64,000 nucleotides of DNA from Eledone cirrhosa (lineage: Eukaryota). The notes beneath the pieces are model-generated. The model saw only the letters and a program-made list of their open reading frames with translations, had not been told where the DNA came from and ran no database searches. Shown piece after piece: positions 13,207 to 27,396 of this stretch; position 1 is the stretch's first letter; each line of letters begins with the position of its first letter. The DNA lies in contig OZ024750.1 in the NCBI GenBank assembly GCA_964016885.1, positions 53,506,001 through 53,570,000 on the forward strand. The letters are read 5' to 3'. A program made the position numbers and the translations under genes.

Positions 13207-13371
13207 TGCACTGATAGGGTGCACCAGGCATACACCATGAGTTTGCATTAGGAAGGGCATCAGAATGGAATGTATCAGTGCAGTCATCTGATCTCTCTAA
13301 CCTCATCACGTGACAACATGTCTAAGCTATTTGAGCACTAGAAATAGATTTAAAACAGTGTTGATGATGGC

Positions 13372-13431
<60 letters not shown>

Positions 13432-13461
13432 AGAACAAAAGATGGTTAAAAGAGTTCCATG

Positions 13462-13532
13462 TATTTTATTATGCGCATTTCAAAAACAAATATCATCATG
13501 CAATAATATTTTTGTTTTCATCAGATAAAACA
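13462..13532 (-). ncRNA. Type I hammerhead ribozyme motif (PLE-type, palindromic stem III, long AT-rich stem II)
   Basis: Minus strand gttttat-CTGATGA-aaacaaaaatattatt gc atgatgatatttgttttt-GAAA-tgcgca-TA-ataaaat: full catalytic core, paired stem I, self-complementary stem III. Confidence 0.75.
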
Positions 13533-13615
13533 GGAAGACATGATATGAAGGTTAAAAAACACTTGTGGATAGTTCAGTTTTAAATCAACACATATATATA
13601 TATATATATATATAT

Positions 13616-13798
13616 CGAAAATTGCAAACTTGACTGTCACCACTGAATGTGAACCTGAAGATTGTGAAAGCATGAAAGTAATTGTTCAATTAACATTTAA
13701 CACTTAATATTCTACCATACTCTTTCATTATAATATCATTATAATTTTAAAGAATTCTAAAAAAACGAGTAAATCAGACAAAGTTGGAATTCCTTTTA

Positions 13799-13803
<5 letters not shown>
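13616..13803 (+). mobile_element. Solo pseudo-LTR / 3' end of the PLE family at 52795-56895, with hammerhead motif (13650-13688)
   Basis: Colinear and highly similar to 56709-56895; tgaac-CTGAAGA-ttgtgaaagcat-GAAA-gtaa-TT-gttca; (TA)n on both sides. Confidence 0.85.
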
Positions 13804-13838
<35 letters not shown>

Positions 13839-14426
13839 TATTGAAGTTTGCTTGAAGCATTGTGCAATAATAAGATTTATTATCTTTTGGTCGTTTTGGA
13901 AGCCTCAACAATGCAGATGGGTAATTCTCTGGGTAACAGGATCCGGTGGTGAAGAGAGAGATATAAGGGAGTGTAGAATGAGATATATAGTGTGTAGAGG
14001 AACGTAGGAAAGAGAGTAAAAATATAACAAATAACACGAGATAGAGTTACCTTGGGAGAGATTTAATTGTCCCTATATTTCGGATTCGCATCCATCAACT
14101 GGGGGGTTTTCCGGTGGGGAGGGGTTTATCTGTCGGAGAGGAATAGAACATGTCCTCTGCTGTTGGCTACTAATTATATAATATATATATATATATACAC
14201 CAATACAAATTCCCCCCTTTGATAATGCATGAAATGCTGAAACCGGTAATAGACAATTATTAAATATATAGATGAATAAATAAATGCCATTGTTAATAAA
14301 TAAACTAATACAAAGTAAAATATTTTGTTTTAAAGATTTTCTGACCCAGAAAAAAGAGAAAAAAATAAATGGAAAAAAACAAATTTTTTTCTTCCTAATA
14401 ATCGTCTATATATATATATTTATATA

Positions 14427-14502
<76 letters not shown>

Positions 14503-14819
14503 GCACTAAGTAACCAAACCATCAGAAAACATGAAGCATGAAGGATGGAAGGGAGAGAAGGGTGGGGTGAATGAGCCCCACTTTAGTGTTTTCACATATT
14601 TCTGTATTCTTTGAAGAGAGGGGGGGGGTCTGTAAGGCTTCATATAATATAATTCTGCCTTTAAAGGGTTTTACTACAGGAAATGGGGGGGGGGGGGGTC
14701 CGATGTTTGGTTTTGTATGTGTATGTGTGTGTGTATGTATGTATCTGGGTGTGTGTACCTGTGTGTGTCTATATTTTTTTTATTTCACAATAATCTGTTA
14801 TATATCACTGATGTGCTTT

Positions 14820-15262
14820 GATCAGTGCATATATATATACATTATATACATACATTGTGTATATACATTATATACACATACACTGTTTACACAGATTATA
14901 TAAAAATACAATGTGTATATACATCATATACGTGCATTGTGCATCTTTCACTGAATCTCCTGTAAATCTAAGGACTGACCATCTGATAGATAACACATCT
15001 CTGAAAATATATTTGCACACATATATATACACACACACACATGCATACATATATACACACATGCATACATATATACATACACGCACACATGCATATTTAC
15101 ATACATAAATACATATATGCACACATGCATACATATATATATATATATACATACACATATATACTCATACATATATATGCATACATATATACACATGAAT
15201 ACATATATACACACACAGACACGCAGGCATACATATATACATACATATGTATATACTCACAT
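14820..15262. repeat. (CA/TA/CATA)n low-complexity tract
   Basis: Explains overlapping Y/I/H/T/C/V ORFs. Confidence 0.85.
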
Positions 15263-15715
15263 CATCATCACTTTTCTATGGCTACTTTCCATACATGGGC
15301 TAAATAGATTATTACAAACTAGATAGGTCAGATGACTGTCTTATTCATTCCATTTTAACATCAGCTTTATGACTGGTAGTTCTTCCTAACACCAACCACT
15401 TTTAGGCATGAACCAGCTGCATTTTCTCACAATATAACAACTACCAGTCGACAGAGTAGACTAGGGGCTTTTGTCATTGTACCAGCACTCTCACTTTACA
15501 GTGTGAGCTCGGTGCGTTTCATCATGGCTCCAGCTGGAAGGTTTTTAGATTTATATAAACACTTTAAAATGAACGGTTATGTATGACAGAAGTGATTCTC
15601 CATTGTTTCAGTAAGAAGAGGAGTGTATTAACATTCGTTTTAATATAAAAAAAGCCCTTTTTCTCATGACTCAACTCTTATCTGGACTGTTCCTCTATGT
15701 GACGCCGAAATGATG

Positions 15716-18700
15716 TCTTGTTGTTGACCATCACCCCTCATTACTGATATTAACAACACTTGGTAACAATGTTGTTGACCATCACCTCACATTACTGATC
15801 TTAACAACACTTGGTAACAGTGTTGTTGACCATCACCCCACATTACTGTTCTTAACAACACTTGGTAACAGTGTTGTTGACCATCACCCCACATTACTGA
15901 TCTTAACAACACTTGGTAACAATGTTGTTGACCATCACCTCACATTACTGATCTTAACAACACTTGGTAACAGTGTTGTTGACCATCACCCCACATTACT
16001 GATCTTAACAACACTTGGTAACAATGTTGTTGACCATCACCCCACATTACTGATCTTAACAACACTTGGTAACAGTGTTGTTGACCATCACCCCACATTA
16101 CTGATCTTAACAACACTTGGTAACAGTGTTGTTGACCATCACCCCACATTACTGATCTTAACAACACTTGGTAACAATGTTGTTGACCATCACCCCACAT
16201 TACTGATCTTAACAACACTTGGTAACAATGTTGTTGACCATCACTCCACATTACTGATCTTAACAACACCTGGTAACAATGTTGTTGACAATCACCCCAC
16301 ATTACTGATCTTAACACTTGGTAACAGTGTTGTTGACCATCACCCCACATTACTGATCTTAACACTTGGTAACAGTGTTGTTGACCATCACCCCACATTA
16401 CTGATCTTAACAACACTTGGTAACAATGTTGTTGACCATCACCCCACATTACTGATCTTAACAACACTTGGTAACGATGTTGTTGACCATCACCCCACAT
16501 TACTGATCTTAACAACACTTGGTAACAGTGTTGTTGACCATCACCCCACATTACTGATCTTAACAACACTTGGTAACAATGTTGTTGACCATCACCCCAC
16601 ATTACTGATCTTAACAACACTTGGTAACAGTGTTGTTGACCATCACCCCACATTACTGATCTTAACACTTGGTAACAATGTTGTTGACCATCACCCCACA
16701 TTACTGATCTTAACAACACTTGGTAACAGTGTTGTTGACCATCACCCCACATTACTGATCTTAACAACACTTGGTAACGATGTTGTTGACCATCACTCCA
16801 CATTACTGATCTTAACGACACTTGGTAACAATGTTGTTGACCATCACCCCACATTACTGATCTTAACAACACTTGGTAACAATGTTGTTGACCATCACCC
16901 CACATTACTGATCTTAACAACACTTGGTAACAATGTTGTTTACCATCACTCCACATTACTGATCTTAACAACACCTGGTAACAATGTTGTTGACCATCAC
17001 CCCACATTACTGATCTTAACACTTGGTAACAGTGTTGTTGACCATCACCCCACATTACTGATCTTAACACTTGGTAACGGTCTTGTTGACCATCACCCCA
17101 CATTACTGATCTTAACAACACTTGGTAACGATGTTGTTGACCATCACCTCACACTACTGATCTTAACACTTGGTAACAATGTTGTTGACCATCACCCGAC
17201 ATTACTGATCTTAACAACACTTGGTAACAATGTTGTTGACCATCACCCCACATTACTGATCTTAACATCACTTGGTAACAGTGTTGTTGACCATCACCCC
17301 ACATTACTGATCTTAACACTTGGTAACAATGTTGTTGACCATCACCTCACATTACTGATCTTAACAACACTTGGTGACGATGTTGTTGACCATCACCCCA
17401 CATTACTGATCTTAACACTTGGTAACAGTGTTGGTGACCATCACCCCACATTACTGATCTTAACACTTGGTAACAGTGTTGTTGACCATCACCCCACATT
17501 ACTGATCTTAACACTTGGTAACAATGTTGTTGACCATCACCTCACATTACTGATCTTAACAACACTTGGTGACGATGTTGTTGACCATCACCCCACATTA
17601 CTGATCTTAACAACACTTGGTAACAATGTTGTTGACCATCACCCCACATTACTGATCTTAACACTTGGTAACGATGTTGTTGACCATCACCCCACATTAC
17701 TGATCTTAACATCACTTGGTAACGATGTTGTTGACCATCACCCCACATTACTGATCTTAACACTTGGTAACGATGTTGTTGACCATCACCCCACATTACT
17801 GATCTTAACATCACTTGGTAACGATGTTGTTGACCATCACCCCACATTACTGATCTCAACACTTGGTAACAGTGTTGGTGACCATCACCCCACATTACTG
17901 ATCTTAACACTTGGTAACAGTGTTGTTGACCATCACCCCACATTACTGATCTTAACACTTGGTAACAATGTTGTTGACCATCACCTCACATTACTGATCT
18001 TAACAACACTTGGTGACGATGTTGTTGACCATCACCCCACATTACTGATCTTAACAACACTTGGTAACAGTGTTGTTGACCATCACCCCACATTACTGAT
18101 CTTAACACTTGGTAACGATGTTGTTGACCATCACCCCACATTACTGATCTTAACATCACTTGGTAACGATGTTGTTGACCATCACCCCACATTACTGATC
18201 TTAACATCACTTGGTAACAGTGTTGTTGACCATCACCCCACATTATTGATCTTAACACTTGGTAACAATGTTGTTGACCATCACCCCACATTACTGATCT
18301 TAACAACACTTGGTAACGATGTTGTTGACCATCACCCGACATTACTGATCTTAACACTTGGTAATAATGTTGTTGACCATCACCCCACATTACTGATCTT
18401 AACAACACTTGGTAACAATGTTGTTGACCATCACCCCCACATTACTGATCTTAACACTTGGTAACAGTGTTGTTGACCATCACCCCACATTACTGATCTT
18501 AACAACACTTAGTAACAATGTTGTTGACCATCACCCCACATTACTGATCTTAACACTTGGTAACAATGTTGTTGACCATCACCCCACATTACTGATCTTA
18601 ACAACACTTAGTAACAATGTTGTTGACCATCACCCCACATTACTCATCTTAACACTTGGTAATAATGTTGTTGACCATCACCCCACATTACTGATCTTAA

Positions 18701-21700
18701 CACTTGGTAACAATGTTGTTGACCATCACCCCACATTACTGATCTTAACACTTGGTAACAATGTTGTTGACCATCACCCCACATTACTGATCTTAACACT
18801 TGGTAGCAATGTTGTTGACCATCACCCCACATTACTGATCTTAACAACACTTGGTAACAATGTTGTTGACCATCACCCCACAATACTGATCTTAACAACA
18901 CTTGGTAACAGTGTTGTTGACCATCACCCCACATTACTGATCTTAACACTTGGTAACAATGTTGTTGACCATCACCCCACAATACTGATCTTAACACTTG
19001 GTAACAGTGTTGTTGACCATCACCCCTCATTACTGATCTTAATACTTGGTAACAATGTTGTTGACCATCACCCCACATTACTGATCTTAACACTTGGTAA
19101 CAATGTTGTTGACCATCACCCCACATTACTGATCTTAACACTTGGTAACAATATTGTTGACCATCACCCCACATTACTGATCTTAACACTTGGTAACAAT
19201 GTTGTTGACCATCACCCCACATTACTGATCTTAACACTTGGTAACAATGTTGTTGACCATCACCCCACATTACTGATCTTAACACTTGGTAACACTGTTG
19301 TTGACCATCACCCCACATTACTGATCTTAACACTTGGTAACAATGTTGTTGACCATCACCCCACATTACAGATCTTAACACTTGCTAACAATGTTGTTGA
19401 CCATCACCCCACATTACTGATCTTAACACTTGGTAACACTGTTGTTGACCATCACCCCACATTACTGATCTTAACACTTGGTAACAATGTTGTTGACCAT
19501 CACCCCACATTACTGATCTTAACACTTGGTAACAATGTTGTTGACCATCACCCCACATTACTGATCTTAACACTTGCTAACAATGTTGTTGACCATCTCC
19601 CAACATTACTGATCTTAACACTTGGTAACAGTATTGTTGACCATCACCCCACATTATTGATCTTAACAACAATTGGTAACAATGTTGTTGACCATCACCC
19701 CACATTACTGATCTTAACAATACTTGGTAACAATGTTGTTGACCATCACCCCACATTACTGATCTTAACAACACTTGGTAACAATGTTGTTGACCATCAC
19801 CCCACATTACTGATCTTAACAACACTTGGTAATAGTGTTGTTGACCATCACCCCACATTACTGATCTGAACAACACTTGGTAACCATGTTGTTGACCATC
19901 ACTCCACATTAATGATCTTAAGACTTGGTAACAGTGTTGTTGACCATCACCCCACATTACTGATCTTAACACTTGGTAACAGTGTTGTTGACCATCACCC
20001 CACATTACTGATCTTAACAACACTTGGTAACAATGTTGTTGACCATCACCCCCACATTACTGATCTTAACACTTGGTAACAATGTTGTTGACCATCACCC
20101 CACATTACTGATCTTAACAACACTTGGTAACAATGTTGTTGACCATCACCCCACATTACTGATCTTAGTACTTGGTAACAGTGTTGTTGACCATCACCCC
20201 ACATTACTAATCTTAACAACACTTGGTAACAATGTTGTTGACCATCACCCCACATTACTGATCTTAACACTTGGTAACAGTGTTGTTGACCATCACCCCA
20301 CATTACTGATCTTAACAACACTTGGTAACAATGTTGTTGACCATCACCCTACATTACTGATCTTAACAACACTTGATAACCATGTTGTTGACCATCACCC
20401 CCACATTACTGATCTTAACAACATTTGGTAACAATGTTGTTGACCATCACCCCACATTACTGATCTTAGTACTTGGTAACAGTGTTGTTGACCATCACCC
20501 CACATTACTAATCTTAACAACACTTGGTAACAATGTTGTTGACCATCACCCCACATTACTGATCTTAACACTTGGTAACAGTGTTGTTGACCATCACCCC
20601 ACATTACTGATCTTAACAACACTTGGTAACAATGTTGTTGACCATCACCCTACATTACTGATCTTAACACTTGGTAACAATGTTGTTGACCATCACCCCA
20701 CATTACTGATCTTAACACTTGGTAACAATGTTGTTGACCATCACCCCACATTACTGATCTTAGTACTTGGTAACAGTGTTGTTGACCATCACCCCACATT
20801 ACTAATCTTAACAACACTTGGTAACAATGTTGTTGACCATCACCCCACATTACTGATCTTAACACTTGGTAACAGTGTTGTTGACCATCACCCCACATTA
20901 CTGATCTGAACAACACTTGGTAACCATGTTGTTGACCATCACCCCACATTACTGATCTGAACAACACTTGGTAACCATGTTGTTGACCATCACCCCACAT
21001 TACTGATCTTAACACTTGGTAACAATGTTGTTGACCATCACCCCACATTACTGATCTTAACAACACTTGGTAACGATGTTGTTGACCATCACCCCACATT
21101 ACTGATCTTAACACTTGGTAACAATGTTGTTGACCATCACCCCACATTACTGATCTTAACACTTGGTAACAATGTTGTTGACCATCACCCCACATTACTG
21201 ATCTTAACACTTGGTAACAATGTTGTTGACCATCACCCCACATTACTGATCTTAACACTTGGTAACAATGTTGTTGACCATCACCCCACATTACTGATCT
21301 TAACAACACTTAGTAACAATGTTGTTGACCATCACCCCACATTACTGATCTTAACACTTGGTAACACTGTTGTCGACCATCACCCCACATTACTGATCTT
21401 AACACTTGGTAACAATGTTGTTGACCATCACCCCACATTACTGATCTTAACACTTGGTAACAATGTTGTTGACCATCACCCCACATTACTGATCTTAACA
21501 CTTGGTAACAATGTTGTTGACCATCACCCCACATTACTGATCTTAACAACAATTGGTAACAATGTTGTTGACCATCTCCCCACATTACTGATCTTAACAC
21601 TTGGTAACAATGTTGTTGACCATCACCCCACATTACTGATCTTAACAATACCTGGTAACAATGTTGTTGACCATCACCCCACATTACTGATCTTAACAAC

Positions 21701-22458
21701 ACTTGGTAACAATGTTGTTGACCATCACCCCACATTACTGATCTTAACAACACTTGGTAACAGTGTTGTTGACCATCACCCCACATTACTGATCTGAACA
21801 ACACTTGGTAACCATGTTGTTGACCATCACTCCACATTAATGATCTTAACACTTGGTAACAGTGTTGTTGACCATCACCCCACATTACTGATCTTAACAC
21901 TTGGTAACAATGTTGTTGACCATCACCCCACATTACTGATCTTAACAACACTTGGTAACAATGTTGTTGACCATCACCCCCACATTACTGATCTTAACAC
22001 TTGGTAACAATGTTGTTGACCATCACCCCACATTACTGATCTTAACACTTGGTAACAGTGTTGTTGACCATCATCCCACATTACTGATCTTAACAAGACT
22101 TGGTAACGATGTTGTTGACCATCACCCCACATTACTGATCTTACCAACACTTGGTAACCATGTTGTTGACCATCACTCCACATTAATGATCTTAACACTT
22201 GGTAACAGTGTTGTTGACCATCACCCCACATTACTAATCTTAACACTTGGTAACAATGTTGTTGACCATCACTCCACATTACTGATCTTAACAACACTTG
22301 GTAACAATGTTGTTGACCATCACCCCACATTACTGATCTTAACAACACTTGGTAACAATGTTGTTGACCATCACCCCACATTACTGATCTTAGTACTTGG
22401 TAACACTGTTGTTGACCATCACCCCACATTACTGATCTTAACAACACTTGGTAACAAC
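15716..22458. repeat. 6.7-kb satellite/minisatellite of mixed 48-bp and 51-bp units (~135 copies)
   Basis: Unit acacttggtaacaRtgttgttgaccatcaccccacattactgatctta(aca); the variants differ by an AAC triplet; duplicated variant blocks are visible. Confidence 0.98.
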
Positions 22459-25058
22459 CTGCTGCCAACTTTGGTAACCAAACTCTCAACTTTAATACTC
22501 AACCACTAATCTAACCACTTCTGCATTCTTTACATACTTTATATACATTCATTTATCATGGCTAAGCAGCGAATCTTGTTACTCTGGAGTTTGACATCTG
22601 TTCTTGTAAGATCACCAGACAAGACCGTGTGTGTGTGTGCGTATGTATGTATATGTGTGTTTGTGTGTGTGTGTATGTATATATGTATATGTGTGTGTGT
22701 GTGTGCGTATGTATGTATATATGTATATATGTGTGTGTGTGTGTGTTGCTGTTTTATATTTAAAAATAACTCCCCAACATGTCGGTGGTAGTTTGTAACC
22801 ACCTTACCATCCTCCCTCTGCATGTGTTGTACAGCTGCAGTGAAGCACCTCTAATTACTAAACATGTCAGCTAGTATATACAGGATTTCACTAAGGTCAC
22901 TAGTTACATGTGTTGACATGTATTCTACCAATCAGCTCCAACTACCAACAGTTGGTGGATCTACACATATTCTTTTCATTTTCAATTTATAAAATGTTAT
23001 CAACAGAAGATTGTTTTCTCCTTTGAAATTTAAATAATTATAGTTCTTCAATAAAATGCACCCAGTGCACTCTGTAAAGGGCATCCAAATGTAAATGTTG
23101 AGAAGATTCTTCAGTTATATGAAGCACATGGCAACTATCCTAGCACTGGTGCCACAATAAAATATTCTAAAGTGGTTAGAACTAGGAATGGGATACTAAA
23201 CAAAGGGTTGAGAGAATTCTTCAGTTGTGTTCAGAACAACCACTTTAGTGCTGGTGCCAGAATAAAGTACACCCAATACCATCAGTGGCTGACATTAGGA
23301 ATGGAATCCAGCTGTAGAAGCCATGTTAAAACTGAAATATATATTAGAAAGGCCTCGTTTCCCTGTTTAGGAGGACAGTAGTTCTGGTTTAGTACTTGTT
23401 CTGTAACAACCCATTCATCCCATGCCAGCATAACAATGAGGATGACATACCAGTCATTAACAGGGTGAAAAATCTCTGAATAAAATCTGATAGTGTGTAC
23501 AGGAGAGACTTAAATCCTGACAGGCAACCTCTGATGCTGGAGACATGTCTACACAGTGGTTGATGACAGGAATGGTACCAGCCAGTACATCAGCATCATC
23601 ATCATGTCTAATCTATACAAGCATAGAAAAACAGCATAAAAATGATGACAATGATGGCAAAGGACAAATAAGCTTCTGCAGTTCCCAACTTGGAAATTCA
23701 GTAACAGTAGGACAGAACTTGAAAGCACATGGTTGCAAAGCAAACTTCTTAGTTACACATGTGTCCCTTTAACTATTTTGATATGAAGCCACCTTAAACT
23801 GCTCCTGGCTCAATCTTATAAAACTGTTTATTTTAAAGTGTTTATATACATTTAAAAGCATCCCAGGAGCTATCTTCCATAGAAATATGGCAATGAAAGA
23901 GTCAAATTTTTGAGAAGCAGGTGGCAGCACTGTAGTCTGTTATAAATTCTTTTACGGTGATAACACCAAGTTAGTATATGACTCTTAGCAGTGTGGCTAG
24001 GAATATTCTAGTAGTTTCATGTATATAACAAATTTGAAATGAAATAATTGCGTGTGTGACATCACCAGGTTATTAAACAAAACATTGTGCTACACCCAGT
24101 TTACAGTTAAGGGTTAAGGAAGAAAAAGTATCAGTTTCTCTAATTAGAAAATGTCAAACATTTCCAGAAGCACTTAATCCAAGGCTAACTTGTCAACAAT
24201 CTACATTGTTCCTACTTCATTAACTTTTAATGTCCTGAACCACATGAAACCATATTAGCAAGACACTCTTGAAAAGTATAAAACAGTATAAAAATTATTG
24301 TCTTTACTCTAATACTGCACATTTTCACAATGATTTGTTCAGTAGTAAAGATTTGAATTTAAAAACAAAATTTTTTTTAAATATTTTCTACTAAATTATT
24401 AAAGGGTGTTGAGAGTTAAATCTATAAAGCCTGCATTGCCATGTTCCAAGTATATATTGTTTTCTGAACAGACCACTTGAAGGCCAGTGAATGATACTCT
24501 CTCCCCTATTTCTAATAAAAGATATTGCTAGCAACTTTGAAAATAATCAAGAATTTAGAGTGATTTAGTAATATAACTAATTTTCTTATTAAGTTGATGT
24601 TTGGAACAGCTTAACAAAGGTTTTTTACAGACAATTATGATGAAAGATTTTTAGATAAATTTACAGACTTTAACTTTTAATATCCTGTAGCCCTTGAAAG
24701 CATATTCGCAAGACGTTCTTGAAAAGAAACAACTCTATAACTGCATCACATAAAAATAAAAAAATGAAGTCTCTACTTTAAAATTTGCAAATTTTCACAG
24801 CAATCTGTCCATTACTAAAAATACTATAAAAATTTAAATTTCCAAAGTTGTTGTTAACTAATATTTAAAAAATCATTACTTGATATTAGGGGTTAAGATA
24901 AACAACCTAGTATTGTAAAACAAGGACCAGTTTCAAGAGGTTTGGTGTCAACAGGGTTAACTTTAGCAATGGTTTGTTATATCCATCAATTTGGAATATT
25001 TATTACGATATCTGTGTCTGTCTTTCTATGTATGTATGTCTGTATGTGTCTACATAAA

Positions 25059-25098
<40 letters not shown>

Positions 25099-25244
25099 CA
25101 TTAACAGAGAAAGCTTTAGCGATACTCCGACCAACTCCCATCTCACTCAGCAAACATTAGGATATACCTGAGTATAATCCCAATTATACTTTTGGGGTGC
25201 TAACTATATTGTATTTTGTGGATAGTTGGCTGTATTATTTTATT

Positions 25245-26005
25245 ATTCTTGTGAACGTGACCTGGGCATTACGGTCAGCAGCGATTTGCGTTGGACGAAG
25301 CACATCTCTAAAATTGTCAAGAGGGCTGAAGGTGTCTTAGCATCACTCAGCAAGACCTTTGTCAGCCACTCTCCAGCTATCTATTTAAGGCTGTACATGG
25401 CTATGTTGTGGCCACACTTGGAATTTGCATCACCAGTCTGGAACCCCTATCTTGCTCAGAACATTGACCGCCTGGAAACTGTTCAGAGACGTGCAACCAA
25501 GCGAATAACCTCCATCAGGCATCTACCATACTCTGAATGTCTTGCTTCCCTGGGCATGGATACATTGAAGCTCCAACGTCTGGCAACTGACTTGGTAAAC
25601 ACCCACAAAATTGTTAACCATCTTGCCAACAACAACCCTGAGTACCTTTTTGATTTCCATGTGTCTAACACACGTGGGCATGCCCACAAAGTCAGAAAAC
25701 AGTACAGTTCCCATGACTTTCGGAAATATTTTTTCACGCTCAGAGTTGCTGAAGCATGGAACAAACTACCTGCATCAGTTGTTAGCTGTCGAGACACTGC
25801 ATCCTTTAAAACCTCCATGCTTCCCGAGATTCGGCAACACTACACCTAATATTCCCACTCCACATACATACACACATGTATATCATGACTCATACACTAT
25901 TCACTTCCCTGACATATGTATATTATTCTATGTACTATACATGCACCTTTGACGAGTTGTAGTGCACCTGAGCACTGTACACAATATTTTCATTATTATT
26001 ATTAT
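25245..26005 (+). mobile_element. 5'-truncated CR1/L2-type LINE 3' end
   Basis: ORF 25226-25849 ERDLGITVSSDLRWTKHI...PHLEFASPVWNPYL...LETVQRRATK...NTRGH...RKYFFTLRVAEAWNKLP; (ATT)n tail. Confidence 0.88.
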
Positions 26006-26027
26006 ATATATGAGACATAATTAAATA

Positions 26028-26136
<109 letters not shown>

Positions 26137-26500
26137 GTGTGTGTGTATAATGTCTGTTTGTCTATGTATTTGTGTGGGTGTATATATACATAAATACACA
26201 TACAAACACATGAATACGAGGGAAATTGTTACACATAAAACATGAGGCCCCTGGGTAATTTAAAAAGTGTTTTTGGTTAAAAAATGATACCCCCCCCCCC
26301 TTCTTGGGAGAACAGTACCTCCATTAATTACTGAGTTGGTCTGTAACATCTTTGTCAAACCCATGCTACCATGGAAAAAAATCCAGATGTACAATGATGT
26401 TTTATATAGTAATAATAAGTTTCAGAAGATCCCGTTAAGGGTGAAAGCACCGATTCTTTGCTTAAACTTTAATCTGTTATTTTAATAAATATATATATAT

Positions 26501-26711
26501 AGTGGTAGAACACTGGAAGGTAATACCCATAGTGGTAGGGCACTCAGTCCATGGGACGAGTTAGGTAGAAGTGGTTACACAACAGTTAGTTCACCATACC
26601 GAGAACAATTGTTCCACCTTAGCGAATCTTCAGCGAGTACGATCTGAGGATCCGCTAAGGTGAAACAATTGTTCTCGGTATGGTGAACTAGCTGTTGTGT
26701 AACCACTTCTA
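26501..26711. mobile_element. PLE pseudo-LTR fragments in inverted arrangement, each carrying a hammerhead motif
   Basis: 68-bp arms 26566-26633 / 26644-26711 (4 mismatches); CTGAGGA-tccgctaaggt-GAAA-caattg-TT-ctcg; 26501-26633 is homologous to 39977-40108; (TA)n flanks. Confidence 0.7.
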
Positions 26712-26843
26712 TATATATATATATATATATTTTAAAAAAGGACTCCAGTTGCATTTTCAACTTCATCTTTTTTTCTTTATACTTTCACTTGTGTAGGACA
26801 CCTCGGTTATTTTTCATTTTGTTAAAAGAAACCTCACTTTCTA

Positions 26844-26885
<42 letters not shown>

Positions 26886-26949
26886 TCATTATCATCGTTT
26901 AATGTCTATCTTCCACACTAGTATGGGTTTATGTGTGTGTGTGTGTGTA

Positions 26950-27234
26950 GAGGCACGTGGTCTAATGGTAGGGGTGTTGGACTTAGGAGGATCATAATGT
27001 CGTGGTTTCAATTCCTGGGTTGTGTGTTGTGTTCTTGAGCAAACACTTCATTTCACGTTGCTCCAGAATACTCAGCTGAAAATGTGTACCAGTAATAGCT
27101 GAGGGTTTAACCCTACAATGGACTGGTGTCCTGTCCAGAGGGGGGGGGGGGGGTTGTACTCTCAGTCACTTCGCGGCATGGAACTGGGATAAGCACCAGC
27201 CAAATGAGCCTTCTGGCTTAAGACATACTTTAGA

Positions 27235-27237
<3 letters not shown>
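26950..27237 (+). mobile_element. tRNA-derived SINE (V-SINE-like core)
   Basis: A-box tggtctaatgg, B-box-like ggtttcaattcc, ttcttgagcaaacacttcatttcacgttgctcc, atggactggtgtcctgtccag; related copies at ~9080-9192(-) and 56915(+). Confidence 0.7.
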
Positions 27238-27324
<87 letters not shown>

Positions 27325-27396
27325 AATAAATAAATGGAGAGAGAGGAGGGTATATAATCTAAGCAATTGTATTGATTTCTGTTTCTCTCATATGAA

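Noticed and set aside
12426-15326. Numerous short Y/I/C/V/H/T-rich ORFs (also 22539-22823, 40366-40582, 50689-51622, 52590-52890)
   Set aside because: They are translations of (TA)n, (CA)n, (CT)n and other simple repeats.
15940-22509. Long repeat ORFs as genuine protein genes
   Set aside because: They follow from unit lengths divisible by three; both strands are open, with frameshifts and stops, and no splice or start context is evident.
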